This document shows, in pieces, positions 43,865 through 54,271 of a stretch of DNA of 64,000 nt (positions are counted from its first letter, which is position 1; each line of letters begins with the position of its first letter). The notes beneath the pieces were generated by a model. It saw only the letters and a program-made list of their open reading frames with translations. It did no database searches and was not told the origin of the DNA. Both the position numbers and the translations under genes were made by a program. This stretch comes from Candidatus Latescibacterota bacterium (GTDB lineage Bacteria > Latescibacterota > UBA2968 > SICM01), in assembly GCA_965217865.1 (NCBI GenBank), contig CBDCJO010000002.1:1664001-1728000 (forward strand), written 5' to 3'.

Positions 43865-45382
43865 ATGCCCAAGGTATACGATCAAAAAACATTAATCCTG
43901 TTCCTGGTTGCCGCCCTTCTTGTGGTTCTGGCGGTTAACTTCATTTCCCGGGACCTGTTCTTCCGATTGGATTTTACCGACAACAAGATGTATTCCCTGT
44001 CGGAGTCCAGTCAAAAGGTCGTTCGGAAGATCGATGACCGCCTCACCATGAAGGTCTATTTTTCCGATAACTTACCCGGACAATACGGAAATAACCGGCG
44101 TTACCTCCAGGATATCCTGGAGGAGTATGAGGCCTATGGAGAAGGGAATATCCGGTTCGAGTTTTACCTGCCTGAAGACGATGAACAACTGGAGGAAGAG
44201 GCTCAAAAATACGGCATCCAGCCGGTCCAGCTTCAAGTGGTTGAAAACGACAATCTGGAGGTGAAAAAGGTCTATATGGGAATGGTGTTCCTGTACGGCG
44301 ATGAGCGGCTCAGCATTCCCGTGATCCAAACGACCACCGGCCTGGAGTACGAAATTACGACGCAAATTAAAAAGTTGACGGATCCAGAAAAGGCCCGGAT
44401 TGCATTCGCCACGATCGGGGATCAGAAGAAGGAAAGAAAACGAGTGTCGGAGGAGCTCCAGCAATCTTATCGTGTCCAGACCCTGGATTTAGGGACCGAA
44501 ATCCCCGGAGACATCAATCTGATTATTATCGGTGGGGTTGAAGATTCAATCAGTACGGAGGATCTGGATCGTGTGAAGGACTTTTTGGATGGTGGGGGAA
44601 ATCTATTTATCGCTCAAAGTCGGATCAAATCAAACCTGCAATCGCAGATGGGTACGCCGATAAAATCCAATTTTTTTGATTTTCTGGATGGCCTGGGCCT
44701 GAAATTAGAGGAGAATCTCGTGCTGGATCAGACCTGTGCAAACGTCACGGTTTCCCAAACCCAGGGTTTCTTCCGGGTGAACTCCCAGATGCGATATCCC
44801 TTTTTCCCGCTGATTCGGAATTTTGGAGACCATCTCACAGTGGGCGGACTGGAGCAAGTCAGGATGATTTTCCCCAGCGAGATTGCCAGCGACGGTGATT
44901 CAAGCACCGACTCCGAAGGCTCAACGGTGACCCCTTTGCTTTTCACATCAAAAAGATCCGGCACGATGAGCGGTTATTATCGTCTGAGTCCTCTGAATAA
45001 TCCCGCCTTTCGAACGCTGGTCCAAAAAAGCAAGATCGTTGGGGCGCTGGCGACGGTAAAATCGGATCGTACGGAGAACACCAGCCAGATCATCCTGGTG
45101 AGCGACTCCAGGTTTTTTGATGACAGCGGAGGGGGTTCATTCGCTGAGAACTATGTGTTCATCGCGAATGCAGTCGATTATTTGATGGGAGACAGCGACC
45201 TGGTTGCGCTCCGGTCCCGCGAAATCACAACCAGGCCCCTGGCGCAGATCAGCGATCCGGAAAAATCAAAGTGGAAGTGGGCAAATATCCTTGTTCCTCC
45301 AGTCCTGATTATCGGTTATGGAATTTTCAGACGGAGTCGCAGAACCAACCGTGCCAAGGTGTTGGAGGAGATCTATGGGTAA
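43865..45382 (+). CDS. GldG-family ABC auxiliary component
   Basis: RLDFTDNKMYSLS, LEYEIT, NAVDYL...LRSR, C-terminal TM. Confidence 0.87.
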   Translation: MPKVYDQKTLILFLVAALLVVLAVNFISRDLFFRLDFTDNKMYSLSESSQKVVRKIDDRLTMKVYFSDNLPGQYGNNRRYLQDILEEYEAYGEGNIRFEFYLPEDDEQLEEEAQKYGIQPVQLQVVENDNLEVKKVYMGMVFLYGDERLSIPVIQTTTGLEYEITTQIKKLTDPEKARIAFATIGDQKKERKRVSEELQQSYRVQTLDLGTEIPGDINLIIIGGVEDSISTEDLDRVKDFLDGGGNLFIAQSRIKSNLQSQMGTPIKSNFFDFLDGLGLKLEENLVLDQTCANVTVSQTQGFFRVNSQMRYPFFPLIRNFGDHLTVGGLEQVRMIFPSEIASDGDSSTDSEGSTVTPLLFTSKRSGTMSGYYRLSPLNNPAFRTLVQKSKIVGALATVKSDRTENTSQIILVSDSRFFDDSGGGSFAENYVFIANAVDYLMGDSDLVALRSREITTRPLAQISDPEKSKWKWANILVPPVLIIGYGIFRRSRRTNRAKVLEEIYG

Positions 45383-45935
45383 CTTTAAGGTCTGGATCAT
45401 CGGAATCCTGATTCTCGGCGTCGGGATTTTTTACGTCCAGCGATCCAAGGACCGCTACACCACTTCGATCGAGGGAATCTTTACCGAAGATTCCAAGAAG
45501 GTCGAAAAAATTCTAATCCACAAGGGTGACGACAGCATCGAGTTGGTGAAAGATGACGATTCCTGGCGGATTGCGGGAAACGATACCCTGGTCATCCGAG
45601 AAAACCAGGTGGACGATTTCTTTACCCAGGTGCTGGGGGCCAAACGGACTACTGTTATGACGGAGAAGCCGGATAAATGGACCACATACTCCGTGGATGA
45701 TTCTTCCGGGACACACCTCACAGTCGTTGCCGAAAACGGCCAGACGGTCGGGGATTACGTATTCGGGGGATCACGAAGCGACTGGGGTAAAAGTTATGTC
45801 AGGATCAGGCCGGATCCTAATGTGTATCTGACCGATAATGTCATCTATCAATTGAGCACAAGCGTCACGTACTGGGGTGAGAAACCCAAACCGGTTGAAG
45901 AATCGTGGGATTCTTCAGGCGTTGAAACGGAATAA
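45375..45935 (+). CDS. DUF4340-like membrane-anchored periplasmic protein
   Basis: N-terminal TM, beta-rich body, YVR near the C-terminus; usual position after GldG. Confidence 0.65.
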   Translation: MGNFKVWIIGILILGVGIFYVQRSKDRYTTSIEGIFTEDSKKVEKILIHKGDDSIELVKDDDSWRIAGNDTLVIRENQVDDFFTQVLGAKRTTVMTEKPDKWTTYSVDDSSGTHLTVVAENGQTVGDYVFGGSRSDWGKSYVRIRPDPNVYLTDNVIYQLSTSVTYWGEKPKPVEESWDSSGVETE

Positions 45936-46055
45936 AGAAAGCAAGAGCATAATACAGAAGTCAGAATTCAGAAGGAAAACGAAAAACCCCCACCAAATCC
46001 CTCCTATGTCCTTCTGACATCCACAACGAATCCAGGTTGTCAACTCATCCATCAT

Positions 46056-46985
46056 ATGATATTCCTAACAGGTAAAGCCATGGGATGCTTAATTTTCCCC
46101 TTCATCTGCGTTTATGGAATCGTTTTGAGCGTTTCCGAGGCCTGGGGAGAGATGGGATCTCCTCAAACCAGGCAGGCGTTCAAGGACTATTGGTACCAGG
46201 GAAAGGCGGAGCTCACACGCTACGAATTGGATCAAGCCAGGTATGGAGAAGTCCGTCGAGGCGATGCCGTTCTTGTTTTTGTCACCGAGGATTTTTTGGT
46301 CGGGAAACAGGTCAAGCATGAACATGGGGAACCGGATGGCGGTGTGATGTCGGTGCTAAAACTGAATTTCACCCGAAATTTCCTAACCGGGATCTATCCC
46401 TACTCGATGATGACGTCGGTGTTTACGCCGGTGGACTTCCATCAGGACCACAGTCTCAAGGTCACGACTTCCGTCCAGGAGTGGTGTGGGCACACCTATT
46501 CGCAACTCAATTATCGAGATGGTAAAATTAAAGGGTTTCTCCATTCATATTTTCAAAGCGAGGCGGATCTTGATTTCGAAATAGATGCTGCACTTCTCGA
46601 AGATGAGATCTGGACGAAGATCCGGCTCCACCCTGAAGACCTGCCCGTCGGCGATCTCAATATGGTTCCAGGTTTACAGTACAGCAGGTTGGTCCATCTC
46701 CCGTCACGGGTGGAAAAGGCACACGCCGAACGGATCACCATACCGGAGGATACCTTACAGGTTTACCAGATCGCGTATCAGAGTATTCCCCGTCGTCTGG
46801 AGATTGCGTATGATTCTCAGTTCCCTTATACCATCGTTTCTTGGGAAGAGGGTTACGCCCCCGGGGCCGGGCGGGGTAAATGTGTGAAGACCCGCGGCGT
46901 GAGGACCCATTCTGTATGGTTGGATTACTGGAACAAGACAGCGGTTGTGGATTCGACATTTCGCGAGTCGTTGGGTTTCAAATAG
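46056..46985 (+). CDS. Conserved secreted hypothetical protein
   Basis: Signal-like N-terminus; YWYQGKAEL..Y.L.QARYGE, FVTEDF, TGIYPYS, QEWCGH, YF.SE.D, LEDEIW motifs; function unknown. Confidence 0.7.
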   Translation: MIFLTGKAMGCLIFPFICVYGIVLSVSEAWGEMGSPQTRQAFKDYWYQGKAELTRYELDQARYGEVRRGDAVLVFVTEDFLVGKQVKHEHGEPDGGVMSVLKLNFTRNFLTGIYPYSMMTSVFTPVDFHQDHSLKVTTSVQEWCGHTYSQLNYRDGKIKGFLHSYFQSEADLDFEIDAALLEDEIWTKIRLHPEDLPVGDLNMVPGLQYSRLVHLPSRVEKAHAERITIPEDTLQVYQIAYQSIPRRLEIAYDSQFPYTIVSWEEGYAPGAGRGKCVKTRGVRTHSVWLDYWNKTAVVDSTFRESLGFK

Positions 46986-47017
46986 GTAAACCCCGACCTG
47001 AGACCAAGCTGAGATTT

Positions 47018-47049
47018 AAGCCTCACCCGTATGTGGGTGGGGCTTTATT
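47018..47049 (+). terminator. Probable terminator hairpin
   Basis: AAGCCTCACCC-GTATGT-GGGTGGGGCTT followed by TATT. Confidence 0.5.
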
Positions 47050-47051
47050 AT

Positions 47052-47385
47052 GGGAATGGAAAAGGCAGGGGCTGGAGGCCGAGGGAAATTGAAGATTGAA
47101 TACTGAAGATTGAAGATCAAAGAGACCATAAAGGAAGTAGCAGTGGCAGTTGCAGGAAAGACAAAAGCCGAGGCCGGATGTCAGGGGTCGGGGAAAGCAG
47201 TAGCAGTGGCAGTGGTAGGAAAAACGAAAGCAGAGGCCAGAGGTCGGAAGTCGGGAAAAGCGGGAGGTGAGAGCTCAAGAAAAGCAGTAGTAGTCGGCAG
47301 TGGCAGGAAAACCGTGAAACGTGAGAGGTGAGATGTGAGACGGAAAACCGGATCGGGTGTCGAAGATCAGGGAAAAGCAGTAGCT
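47052..47385 (+). repeat. Long composite polar array
   Basis: (gaagatt)n, three GTAGCA/GTGGCA blocks alternating with GGTCGGA blocks, then (gtgagag)n. Confidence 0.85.
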
Positions 47386-47478
47386 TTTCCTTGATTTTTC
47401 TCACAGTACCGGATATTATCTTTAAATAAGATCAGCAAGTGCAAATCCTCCAAGGACGGGTAGATCGAGGGAATTCGA

Positions 47479-49806
47479 ATGCATTTCAAGTTCAGTCTTA
47501 AGAACTTGACATTTCTCCACTTGTTATTGTTCCTAAGCATCGGTTTTCAAGACGGGCACCCCTCAGATTGGCCAAGCTGGCGGGGGCTGGATCAAAACGG
47601 TGTTTCGACCGAGTCCGGGCTCATCTCGGAATGGTCTGTGAAAGGGAAAAACCTGATCTGGAAAGCGAATTTCGTGGGCCGATCCACCCCGATCGTGCTT
47701 GACGGCCGGGTCTATGTGATGGGACGGGCGGGCCGTGAGATTACGAAGCAGGAGCGGGTTGCCTGCTTCGACGCTCGGACCGGGAACATGGTATGGGAAC
47801 ATCGATTCAACGTTTTTCATACCACGATCCCTTTTAACCGTGTGGGATGGGCGAGTCCGGTCGGTGATCCGGAAACCGGAAATATCTATGCCCACGGGGT
47901 TGGGGGCCCGTTGATTTGTTTCAACCGGGATGGCGATATTCTCTGGTCACGATCCCTGACCGAAGAATTCGGGAGAATTTCCGGGTATGGGGGCCGCGTC
48001 CATACACCGGTCGTGGACGAGGATCTCGTGATCATCAGTTTTCTCAATTCGAGCTGGGGTGACCAGATCGTTCCCAAGCATCGCTACTATGCCTTCGATA
48101 AGCTGAGCGGTGAAGTGGTCTGGGTCTCTGCACCGGGAGGAAGACCCCTGGATACCACCTACTCCACCCCCGTGGTCAAGGAAATTCAGGGACAGAGGCT
48201 CCTGATCGGGGGGAACGCGGACGGATGGATCTATGCGGTTAAAGTCAGGACAGGGAAAAAGGTCTGGGGATTTCAGCTCAGCAAACGAGGCATCAACTCC
48301 TCGGTGGTCGTGGTGGGGACAAGGGTTTATGCCTCTCACAGCGAAGAGAATATCGACAACACGGCGATGGGGCGCGTGGTCTGCATCGACGGGACGGGTA
48401 CCGGCGATATCACGAAGACAAACGAGGTCTGGCGATACGACGAATGTCTTGCGGGATATACCTCACCCGTAGCGCACGGTGGACGGGTTTATTTCGTTGA
48501 CAATTCGGCAAACATTCACTGTCTGGATGCCGGGACGGGTGAGTTAGACTGGAAATACAATCTCGGAACGGTGGGCAAGGGGTCCCCTGTCTGGGCGGAT
48601 GGCAAGCTCTACGCGCCGGAGGTCAACGGAACCATCCACATCGTTCAACCTGTCGAAAAAGGGGCCCAGAGGCTGGATGTTGAAAAGATCCGAGCCAGTG
48701 GAGGGCACCTGGCCGAGATATTTGGATCACCGGCGATCGGATATCGTAGAATCTACTTTGCCACCGAAGAAGGCCTATATTGTCTGGGGGACAAAGACAC
48801 CGAATTTTCCGCATCTTCAAAGGCAAGTTTGAAACCTGCCCCTTCCAAACCGGAATCTCCCGGGGATTCCGCAGATCGAGTTTCCGCCCCCGCTCACTTT
48901 CACATCGTACCTTCCGAAGTATCCGTTGCTCCTGGAAAATCGGTGGTTTTCCGTTGTCGAGCATTCGACAGGAATGGACAATTTCTGAAGGAAGTGACCC
49001 CGACGTGGTCGTTCGTTGGATTATCCGGGATGATCTCTCGCGATGGTATTTTTATCCCGGACCGGAGCGGTCCACAGGCCGGGACGCTGGTTGCCCGCCT
49101 GGGAGGGATAGAAGGCCGAGCCCGGGTCCGGGTGGTTCCGGATATCCCCTGGTCGGAGGACTTCGAGAGGATCCCGGTTGGCCAAAATCCCGCTCACTGG
49201 ATCGGAGCTTCTAAGAAATTTGTCGTGGCGCAGAAGGATGGGAATCGTGTGCTCGTTAAATCGCCCGTAAAAAGGGGATTAAATCGTTCGAATGTCTATC
49301 TGGGACCATCGACCTTGAAAGAATACACGATCCAGGCGGATCTGATGGGGAGCCGACATCGACGGAACCAGTCGGATATGGGGTTGATCGCAAACCGTTA
49401 TACCCTCGATATGATGGGGAACCATCAGCGACTTCAGGTTCGCTCCTGGGCTTCGGATTTACGGATGGCGAAAACCGTCGGTTTCCGTTGGGAGCCGGAT
49501 ATCTGGTATACCATGAAGATGCGTGTGGATATCCTGGATGGAAAAGGGGTCATCAGGGGAAAGGTATGGCGAAGAGGGGATCCGGAACCAGGGGTCTGGT
49601 CGATCTCCGCGGAGGATCCGCTGCCCAACCTGGAAGGAAGCCCGGGGCTTTATGGATACTCGGCAGCGGAAATTTGGTATGATAATGTGAAAGTCTGGGG
49701 TCAGGGGTCGGAAGTCAGGGGTCAGGGGTCGGAAGTCAGGGGTCAGGGGTCGGAAGTCAGGGGTCAGGGGTCGGAAGTCAGGGGTCAGGGAAAAGAAAAA
49801 CCGTGA
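47479..49806 (+). CDS. Exported PQQ-like beta-propeller protein with C-terminal Ig-like and lectin-like beta domains
   Basis: Signal peptide, WPSWRG, repeated D..TG...W blades, Pro/Ser linker, beta-sandwich ending PGLYG...DNVKV; repeat-derived (GQGSEVR)4 tail. Confidence 0.85.
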   Translation: MHFKFSLKNLTFLHLLLFLSIGFQDGHPSDWPSWRGLDQNGVSTESGLISEWSVKGKNLIWKANFVGRSTPIVLDGRVYVMGRAGREITKQERVACFDARTGNMVWEHRFNVFHTTIPFNRVGWASPVGDPETGNIYAHGVGGPLICFNRDGDILWSRSLTEEFGRISGYGGRVHTPVVDEDLVIISFLNSSWGDQIVPKHRYYAFDKLSGEVVWVSAPGGRPLDTTYSTPVVKEIQGQRLLIGGNADGWIYAVKVRTGKKVWGFQLSKRGINSSVVVVGTRVYASHSEENIDNTAMGRVVCIDGTGTGDITKTNEVWRYDECLAGYTSPVAHGGRVYFVDNSANIHCLDAGTGELDWKYNLGTVGKGSPVWADGKLYAPEVNGTIHIVQPVEKGAQRLDVEKIRASGGHLAEIFGSPAIGYRRIYFATEEGLYCLGDKDTEFSASSKASLKPAPSKPESPGDSADRVSAPAHFHIVPSEVSVAPGKSVVFRCRAFDRNGQFLKEVTPTWSFVGLSGMISRDGIFIPDRSGPQAGTLVARLGGIEGRARVRVVPDIPWSEDFERIPVGQNPAHWIGASKKFVVAQKDGNRVLVKSPVKRGLNRSNVYLGPSTLKEYTIQADLMGSRHRRNQSDMGLIANRYTLDMMGNHQRLQVRSWASDLRMAKTVGFRWEPDIWYTMKMRVDILDGKGVIRGKVWRRGDPEPGVWSISAEDPLPNLEGSPGLYGYSAAEIWYDNVKVWGQGSEVRGQGSEVRGQGSEVRGQGSEVRGQGKEKP

Positions 49807-49945
49807 AACATGAGATGGAACACGTGAGACGGGGGAAAGCAGTAGCAGGTGGCAGTGGAAGGAAAGGCAAAGGCGGGGGCCGGAGGTCCGGGGTCAGGGA
49901 TCAGAGGTCGGAGGGAATTGAATATTGAATATTGAATATTGCAAG
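49691..49945 (+). repeat. Perfect 21-bp tandem repeat x4 plus composite polar array
   Basis: (GGGGTCAGGGGTCGGAAGTCA)4 at 49697-49780, then GTGAGAC, GCAGTG, GGTCAGG and (ttgaata)3 blocks. Confidence 0.92.
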
Positions 49946-51370
49946 AGAAGAGCGTTCAGCATCTTCGGGATTGTTTTGTTTTACATCGTTTCGATGGCCT
50001 CTGCCCAAGAAACGGCCATGTGGGGGATTACGCCTTCACGAAACATGGTCTCGGACGAAAAAGGCCTGCCCGAATTCTGGGACGCGGAGACGGGCATGAA
50101 TATCAAATGGACGGCAGCCCTGGGTTCTCAGACCTACGCAGGTCCGGTGGTCATTGGGGGCAAGGTGTTCGTCGGATCTAACAATCAGAGGGAGCGAAAT
50201 CGGAAGCACAAAGGGGACCGGGGGATCGTGATGGCGTTCCAGGAGGCGGACGGCAAGTTCCTCTGGCAGGCGACACATACCAAACTGCCGGCGGGGCGGG
50301 TCAACGACTGGCCGCAACAGGGGGTCTGTTCAACGCCGTATATCGAAGGAGACCGGCTCTACTATGTTTCGAACCGTTGTGAAGTCATTTGTCTGGACAC
50401 AGAGGGTTTTCTGGACGGAGAGAACGACGGCCTATTCGTTCATGAGGCTGACACCAGCGACATCGATGCGGATGTCATCTGGAAGCTGGATATGATCGAT
50501 GCGTTCAACGTGTTCCCTCACAACCTGGCCACCTCATCTCCGGTGGGGGTGGGCGATCTGCTATTTCTGGTCACAGGGAACGGTGTGGACGAAGGACACG
50601 TCCATATCCCAACGCCGTTTGCTCCGAGTTTTATTGCCGTCCATAAGAAAACCGGCAAAGTTGCCTGGGAGGACGCCTCCCCGGGGGAGAAGATCCTTCA
50701 CGGGCAATGGTCCAATCCCAGTTATGGGGTGATCAACGGCAGACCGCAGGTGATTTTCCCCGGCGGTGACGGCTGGATCTATTCTCTGGAACCGGAGACC
50801 GGGAAGCTCATCTGGAAGTTTGACTGCAACCCTAAGGATTCGGTTTGGGAACTCGGCGGCCGTGGGACTCGAAACAATATTGTTGCGACTCCGGTCGTTT
50901 ACGAAGACAGGGTCTACATCGGTGTCGGGCAGGACCCGGAACATGGCGAGGGGAAAGGACACCTCTGGGCCCTCGACGCAACGGGCGAGGGGGATATCAC
51001 CGACTCGGGTGTGATCTGGCACGTGGGGGGCGAGGATTTCAATCGGACCCTGTCCACGGTTGCGATCCACGAGGGACTGCTTTACACCGCAGACCTGAGC
51101 GGTTTCGTCTATTGTCTGGACGCTCGGACCGGGGAACGCTACTGGACCTATGATTCGTTTGCTGCGATATGGGGCTCCCCGCTCGTAGCGGATGGGAAGG
51201 TCTATATCGGCGATGAGGATGGAGATGTTGCGGTCCTTAAGGCAGGAAAGACATTCAAGTTGATCTATGAGGTCAACATGGGAAGCTCGGTTTATACCTC
51301 GCCGGTCGCAAAGGACGGTGTGCTTTATATCGGAAGTCGAAATACCCTTTTCGCGATTGCAACGAAATAG
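49925..51370 (+). CDS. Exported PQQ-like beta-propeller protein
   Basis: Signal peptide ending ASA|[16 protein letters not shown], repeated TG...W blades, [15 protein letters not shown]. Confidence 0.87.
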   Translation: MNIEYCKRRAFSIFGIVLFYIVSMASAQETAMWGITPSRNMVSDEKGLPEFWDAETGMNIKWTAALGSQTYAGPVVIGGKVFVGSNNQRERNRKHKGDRGIVMAFQEADGKFLWQATHTKLPAGRVNDWPQQGVCSTPYIEGDRLYYVSNRCEVICLDTEGFLDGENDGLFVHEADTSDIDADVIWKLDMIDAFNVFPHNLATSSPVGVGDLLFLVTGNGVDEGHVHIPTPFAPSFIAVHKKTGKVAWEDASPGEKILHGQWSNPSYGVINGRPQVIFPGGDGWIYSLEPETGKLIWKFDCNPKDSVWELGGRGTRNNIVATPVVYEDRVYIGVGQDPEHGEGKGHLWALDATGEGDITDSGVIWHVGGEDFNRTLSTVAIHEGLLYTADLSGFVYCLDARTGERYWTYDSFAAIWGSPLVADGKVYIGDEDGDVAVLKAGKTFKLIYEVNMGSSVYTSPVAKDGVLYIGSRNTLFAIATK

Positions 51371-51379
51371 GACCCCGTT

Positions 51380-52459
51380 GTGGAGCATAAACTCTCGAAA
51401 AAAGTGGAAGAGGCGGAGAGGCGGCTCGATGCCCACGTTCGCGAGATGGTTGCGTGGCATTTCAATCCAGAGACGGGTTCCCCGTTTTGGCTGGAATTTG
51501 CGGAGAATCTGAAATTTGACCCGAGAAAGGAGATCAGGGGGTTTGGGGACTTGAAGGTTCTGGGCCATTTTCAGGATGAATGGCTTCGCGGGGGACCGGT
51601 CAGACGATGGGTGCCACGGGCTTATACCGGGGAACCCGTATATGTTTTTGAAACCGGGGGTTCGACGGGGATCCCGAAATGTCGCATCAACATTCGCGAT
51701 TTTCAGACCGATTATGAGATGTTCAGCCAGACGCTTTCCCAGGATGGCTTTCCGGAAGGGGCGGACTGGTTGATGTTGGGACCGACAGGTCCACGAAGAC
51801 TTCGGCTTGCCGTAGAATACCTTGCCCAACTTCGGGGTGGAATCTGTTTTATGGTGGATCTGGATCCAAGATGGGTCCATAAGCTTATCAAATATGGGAG
51901 GCATCAGGAGCTGGATGCCTATAAGGATCACGTCATCAACCAGGGCCTCCAGATTTTGAGGGCCCACGATAATGTTCGATGCCTGTTCACCACCCCAAGA
52001 CTGCTCGAGGCGCTTTGCGAAAAGATCTCGCTGCCGACCGTCGGTATCCAGGGTGTCTTTTGTGGAGGGACGGAGATGGATGCCCAGTTTCACCGGTTTG
52101 CGAGGGAGGAGTTGATTCCAGGTATTGAATTCCTTCCCGTGTACGGAAATACACTGATGGGACTGGCGTATGCCAAGCCGCATGATCCGGCGGATGGTTA
52201 TGCGGTAACCTACTATCCGCAATCTCCCCGCGCCGTGATCGAGCTCGTGAATCCTCGAGATCCCGATGAGACGGTCGGGTATGGTGAGACGGGCCGGGTC
52301 TGTCTGACCACGCTGACCCGGGAATTTTTCATGCCGAGGTTTTTAGAGCGGGACGAAGCGGAACGGGCGGAACCGATCGATCCCTATCCCTGGGATGGGG
52401 TTCGTAACCTTCGGCTCCTCTCGGAGCTTCAGGAGTCGGTCGTGGTGGGGGTGTATTAA
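51380..52459 (+). CDS. EhpF/GriC-like atypical adenylate-forming enzyme (aryl-carboxylate activating subunit)
   Basis: WHFNPETGSPFWL, FDP, P-loop ETGGSTGIPK, PTGP, DLDPRWV, TTP, GGTE, YGNT, VGYGETG, ERD follow the motif series I recall for EhpF/GriC. Confidence 0.75.
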   Translation: MEHKLSKKVEEAERRLDAHVREMVAWHFNPETGSPFWLEFAENLKFDPRKEIRGFGDLKVLGHFQDEWLRGGPVRRWVPRAYTGEPVYVFETGGSTGIPKCRINIRDFQTDYEMFSQTLSQDGFPEGADWLMLGPTGPRRLRLAVEYLAQLRGGICFMVDLDPRWVHKLIKYGRHQELDAYKDHVINQGLQILRAHDNVRCLFTTPRLLEALCEKISLPTVGIQGVFCGGTEMDAQFHRFAREELIPGIEFLPVYGNTLMGLAYAKPHDPADGYAVTYYPQSPRAVIELVNPRDPDETVGYGETGRVCLTTLTREFFMPRFLERDEAERAEPIDPYPWDGVRNLRLLSELQESVVVGVY

Positions 52460-52692
52460 TGCAAATGGAAAATGAAAAGTGCAAAAGTTCAGGGGTCGGA
52501 GGTCAGGGGTCAGGGAAAAAAAGTAGCAGTAGCAGTGGCAGTAGCAGAAAAAGCAGGGATCGGAGGTCAGGGGTCAGGCGAAAAAAGTAGCAGTGGCGGT
52601 AGCAGGAAAGGCACGGATTGGAGGTCGGAAGTCGGAGGTTAGGGTCAGGGAATGAAAATGCAAAGTGCCCAGTGCAAGATGGAAAGTGCAAA
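52460..52692 (+). repeat. Nested composite array A-B-C-B-C-B-A
   Basis: A=AAATGGA/AAGTGCA, B=GGTCAGG/GGTCGGA, C=GTAGCA/GTGGCA; fills the whole spacer. Confidence 0.88.
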
Positions 52693-54258
52693 ATGATCCA
52701 CATTCCCGTATTGAGGTCCGGTCGGCCGTATCGGAGTCTAAAACTCCTGGACGTACGGCACGTCCAATCCGGGGAGGTTCTCGCCCATCTCAGTCAGGCA
52801 AACCGGGGGCTGATCTCGAAGGACCTGTCGGCCGCGGCATTCCATAGAAAGGGCCTCGAGGCATTTTCCGTTTCAGAACTCCTGACAATTTGCCGAAAGG
52901 CCGCCCGATTTTTCGCCGAGGAATCTTTGCAGCTTGACGGGACTTTACAGTCGGCTGAAGATTACGTGAAACAGGTCTCGGGCTCCACGGGCATGCCCGA
53001 GGCCTTGTGTCGAAAAAATATGGATAAGATCCGTTCGGTTCTGGAGAGGATGGAGGAGATCCTCGACGGGTTGACACGCGGACTGGATCTTTCGATTCTC
53101 GATTCCGGAAGGGGCATCCAGGATGGACGGCCCCTGAGTTTTTTCCCCCAGACAGATGCGCTGGGAGCCGTGCTTCCAAACAATTCCCCCGGTGTGCATT
53201 CCCTCTGGCTTCCTTCGATTCCCCTAAAGATTCCGCTTGTGCTCAAACCCGGAAGCGAGGAGCCCTGGACCCCCTTTCGTATCTCCCAGGCCTTTATCGC
53301 AGGGGGCTGTCCGCCTGAAGCATTCGGATATTATCCAACGGACTATTCAGGGGCGAGTGAGGTTCTGCTTCGCTGCGGACGCTCCATGTTGTTTGGAGGA
53401 GGGTCGACGGTCACCCCGTGGAAGGCGGATCCGAGGATTCAGATTCACGGGCCGGGTCGCAGCAAGATCATCCTGGGAAAGGACAGGGTCCACAATTGGG
53501 GAAATTATATGGAGGTCATGCTGGGATCCATCGTGGACAATGGGGGGAGGTCCTGCATCAATGCCTCAGGGATCTGGGTTCCGGAAAAGGGCCGGGAGAT
53601 CGCAGAGGTTCTTGCGGACCGTCTTTCGGAAATCGAGCCAAAGCCGCTTGACGACCCTGAGGCGAAACTTGCCGCTTTTTCGAATCCGAAGATGGCCAGA
53701 CGGATTTCTGAAACCATCGATCAGCAGTTGAAGGCCCCGGGAGCAAAAGAAATATCAGCAAGTGGCAGGAGCGAGAGGGTGGTTGAATTCGATGGGTGCA
53801 CTTTCCTCCGCCCGACGGTCATCTGGTGCGAAGATACGGAGCACCCTCTGGCGAACACGGAGTTTTTATTTCCGTTCGTGAGCGTGGTCCAGGTCCCCCA
53901 GGAGGAGATTCTGAAACGGATCGGGCCCACACTGACGGCCACTGCGATCACCGAGGATGAAGATTTTATCCGTGAGTTACTGGGATCTCAGGATGTGGAC
54001 CGTCTCAATTTAGGGGCGATATCCACAAACCATGTATCCTGGGACCAGCCCCACGAAGGGAATCTATTTGAGCATCTCTATCGACAAAGGGCTTTGCAAA
54101 TGCAGGGGCAGTGGCAGTGGCAGGAAAGCAAAGGCAGGGGCCAGAGGTCGGAGGTCAGAGGAAAGAAAAATCGTGAGACGTCAGACGTGAAACGTAAGAT
54201 CGCAAAGTCAGTAGCAGTGGCAGTGGCAGGAAATCAAGTCAGGGAATTGAAGAATTGA
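52693..54258 (+). CDS. ALDH-superfamily acyl reductase (GriD/LuxC-like)
   Basis: VLPNNSPG, LKPGSEEPWTP, FGG, HGPGRSK, catalytic Cys in GGRSCINAS, EFLFPF; last ~50 aa repeat-derived. Confidence 0.8.
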   Translation: MIHIPVLRSGRPYRSLKLLDVRHVQSGEVLAHLSQANRGLISKDLSAAAFHRKGLEAFSVSELLTICRKAARFFAEESLQLDGTLQSAEDYVKQVSGSTGMPEALCRKNMDKIRSVLERMEEILDGLTRGLDLSILDSGRGIQDGRPLSFFPQTDALGAVLPNNSPGVHSLWLPSIPLKIPLVLKPGSEEPWTPFRISQAFIAGGCPPEAFGYYPTDYSGASEVLLRCGRSMLFGGGSTVTPWKADPRIQIHGPGRSKIILGKDRVHNWGNYMEVMLGSIVDNGGRSCINASGIWVPEKGREIAEVLADRLSEIEPKPLDDPEAKLAAFSNPKMARRISETIDQQLKAPGAKEISASGRSERVVEFDGCTFLRPTVIWCEDTEHPLANTEFLFPFVSVVQVPQEEILKRIGPTLTATAITEDEDFIRELLGSQDVDRLNLGAISTNHVSWDQPHEGNLFEHLYRQRALQMQGQWQWQESKGRGQRSEVRGKKNRETSDVKRKIAKSVAVAVAGNQVRELKN

Positions 54259-54271
54259 TTCGTGCGTTATT

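Noticed and set aside
47110-47404. Small ORFs made of VAVAV, GQGSEV or LPLPLL (also 882-1217, 10736-11059, 52503-52703, 59512-59727, 62724-62912)
   Set aside because: Mostly translations of the repeat arrays; no independent coding evidence.
49697-49790. Possible CRISPR array
   Set aside because: Head-to-tail 21-mers with no unique spacers, and no cas genes in the window.
50561-52222. 553-aa antisense ORF
   Set aside because: Overlaps two well-supported + strand genes; typical GC-rich shadow frame.
52618-52692. Upstream ORF-track starts for the ALDH-like gene (similarly groEL 14369, AKR 61726, radical SAM 56445, actD 34361, actF 33215)
   Set aside because: The extensions run through repeats, spacers or the neighbouring gene; downstream ATGs fit the conserved N-termini and gene overlaps better.
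51380-54258. Bioluminescence luxCE or phenazine biosynthesis
   Set aside because: No luxAB/luxD and no phz core genes in the window; only the reductase chemistry is shared.
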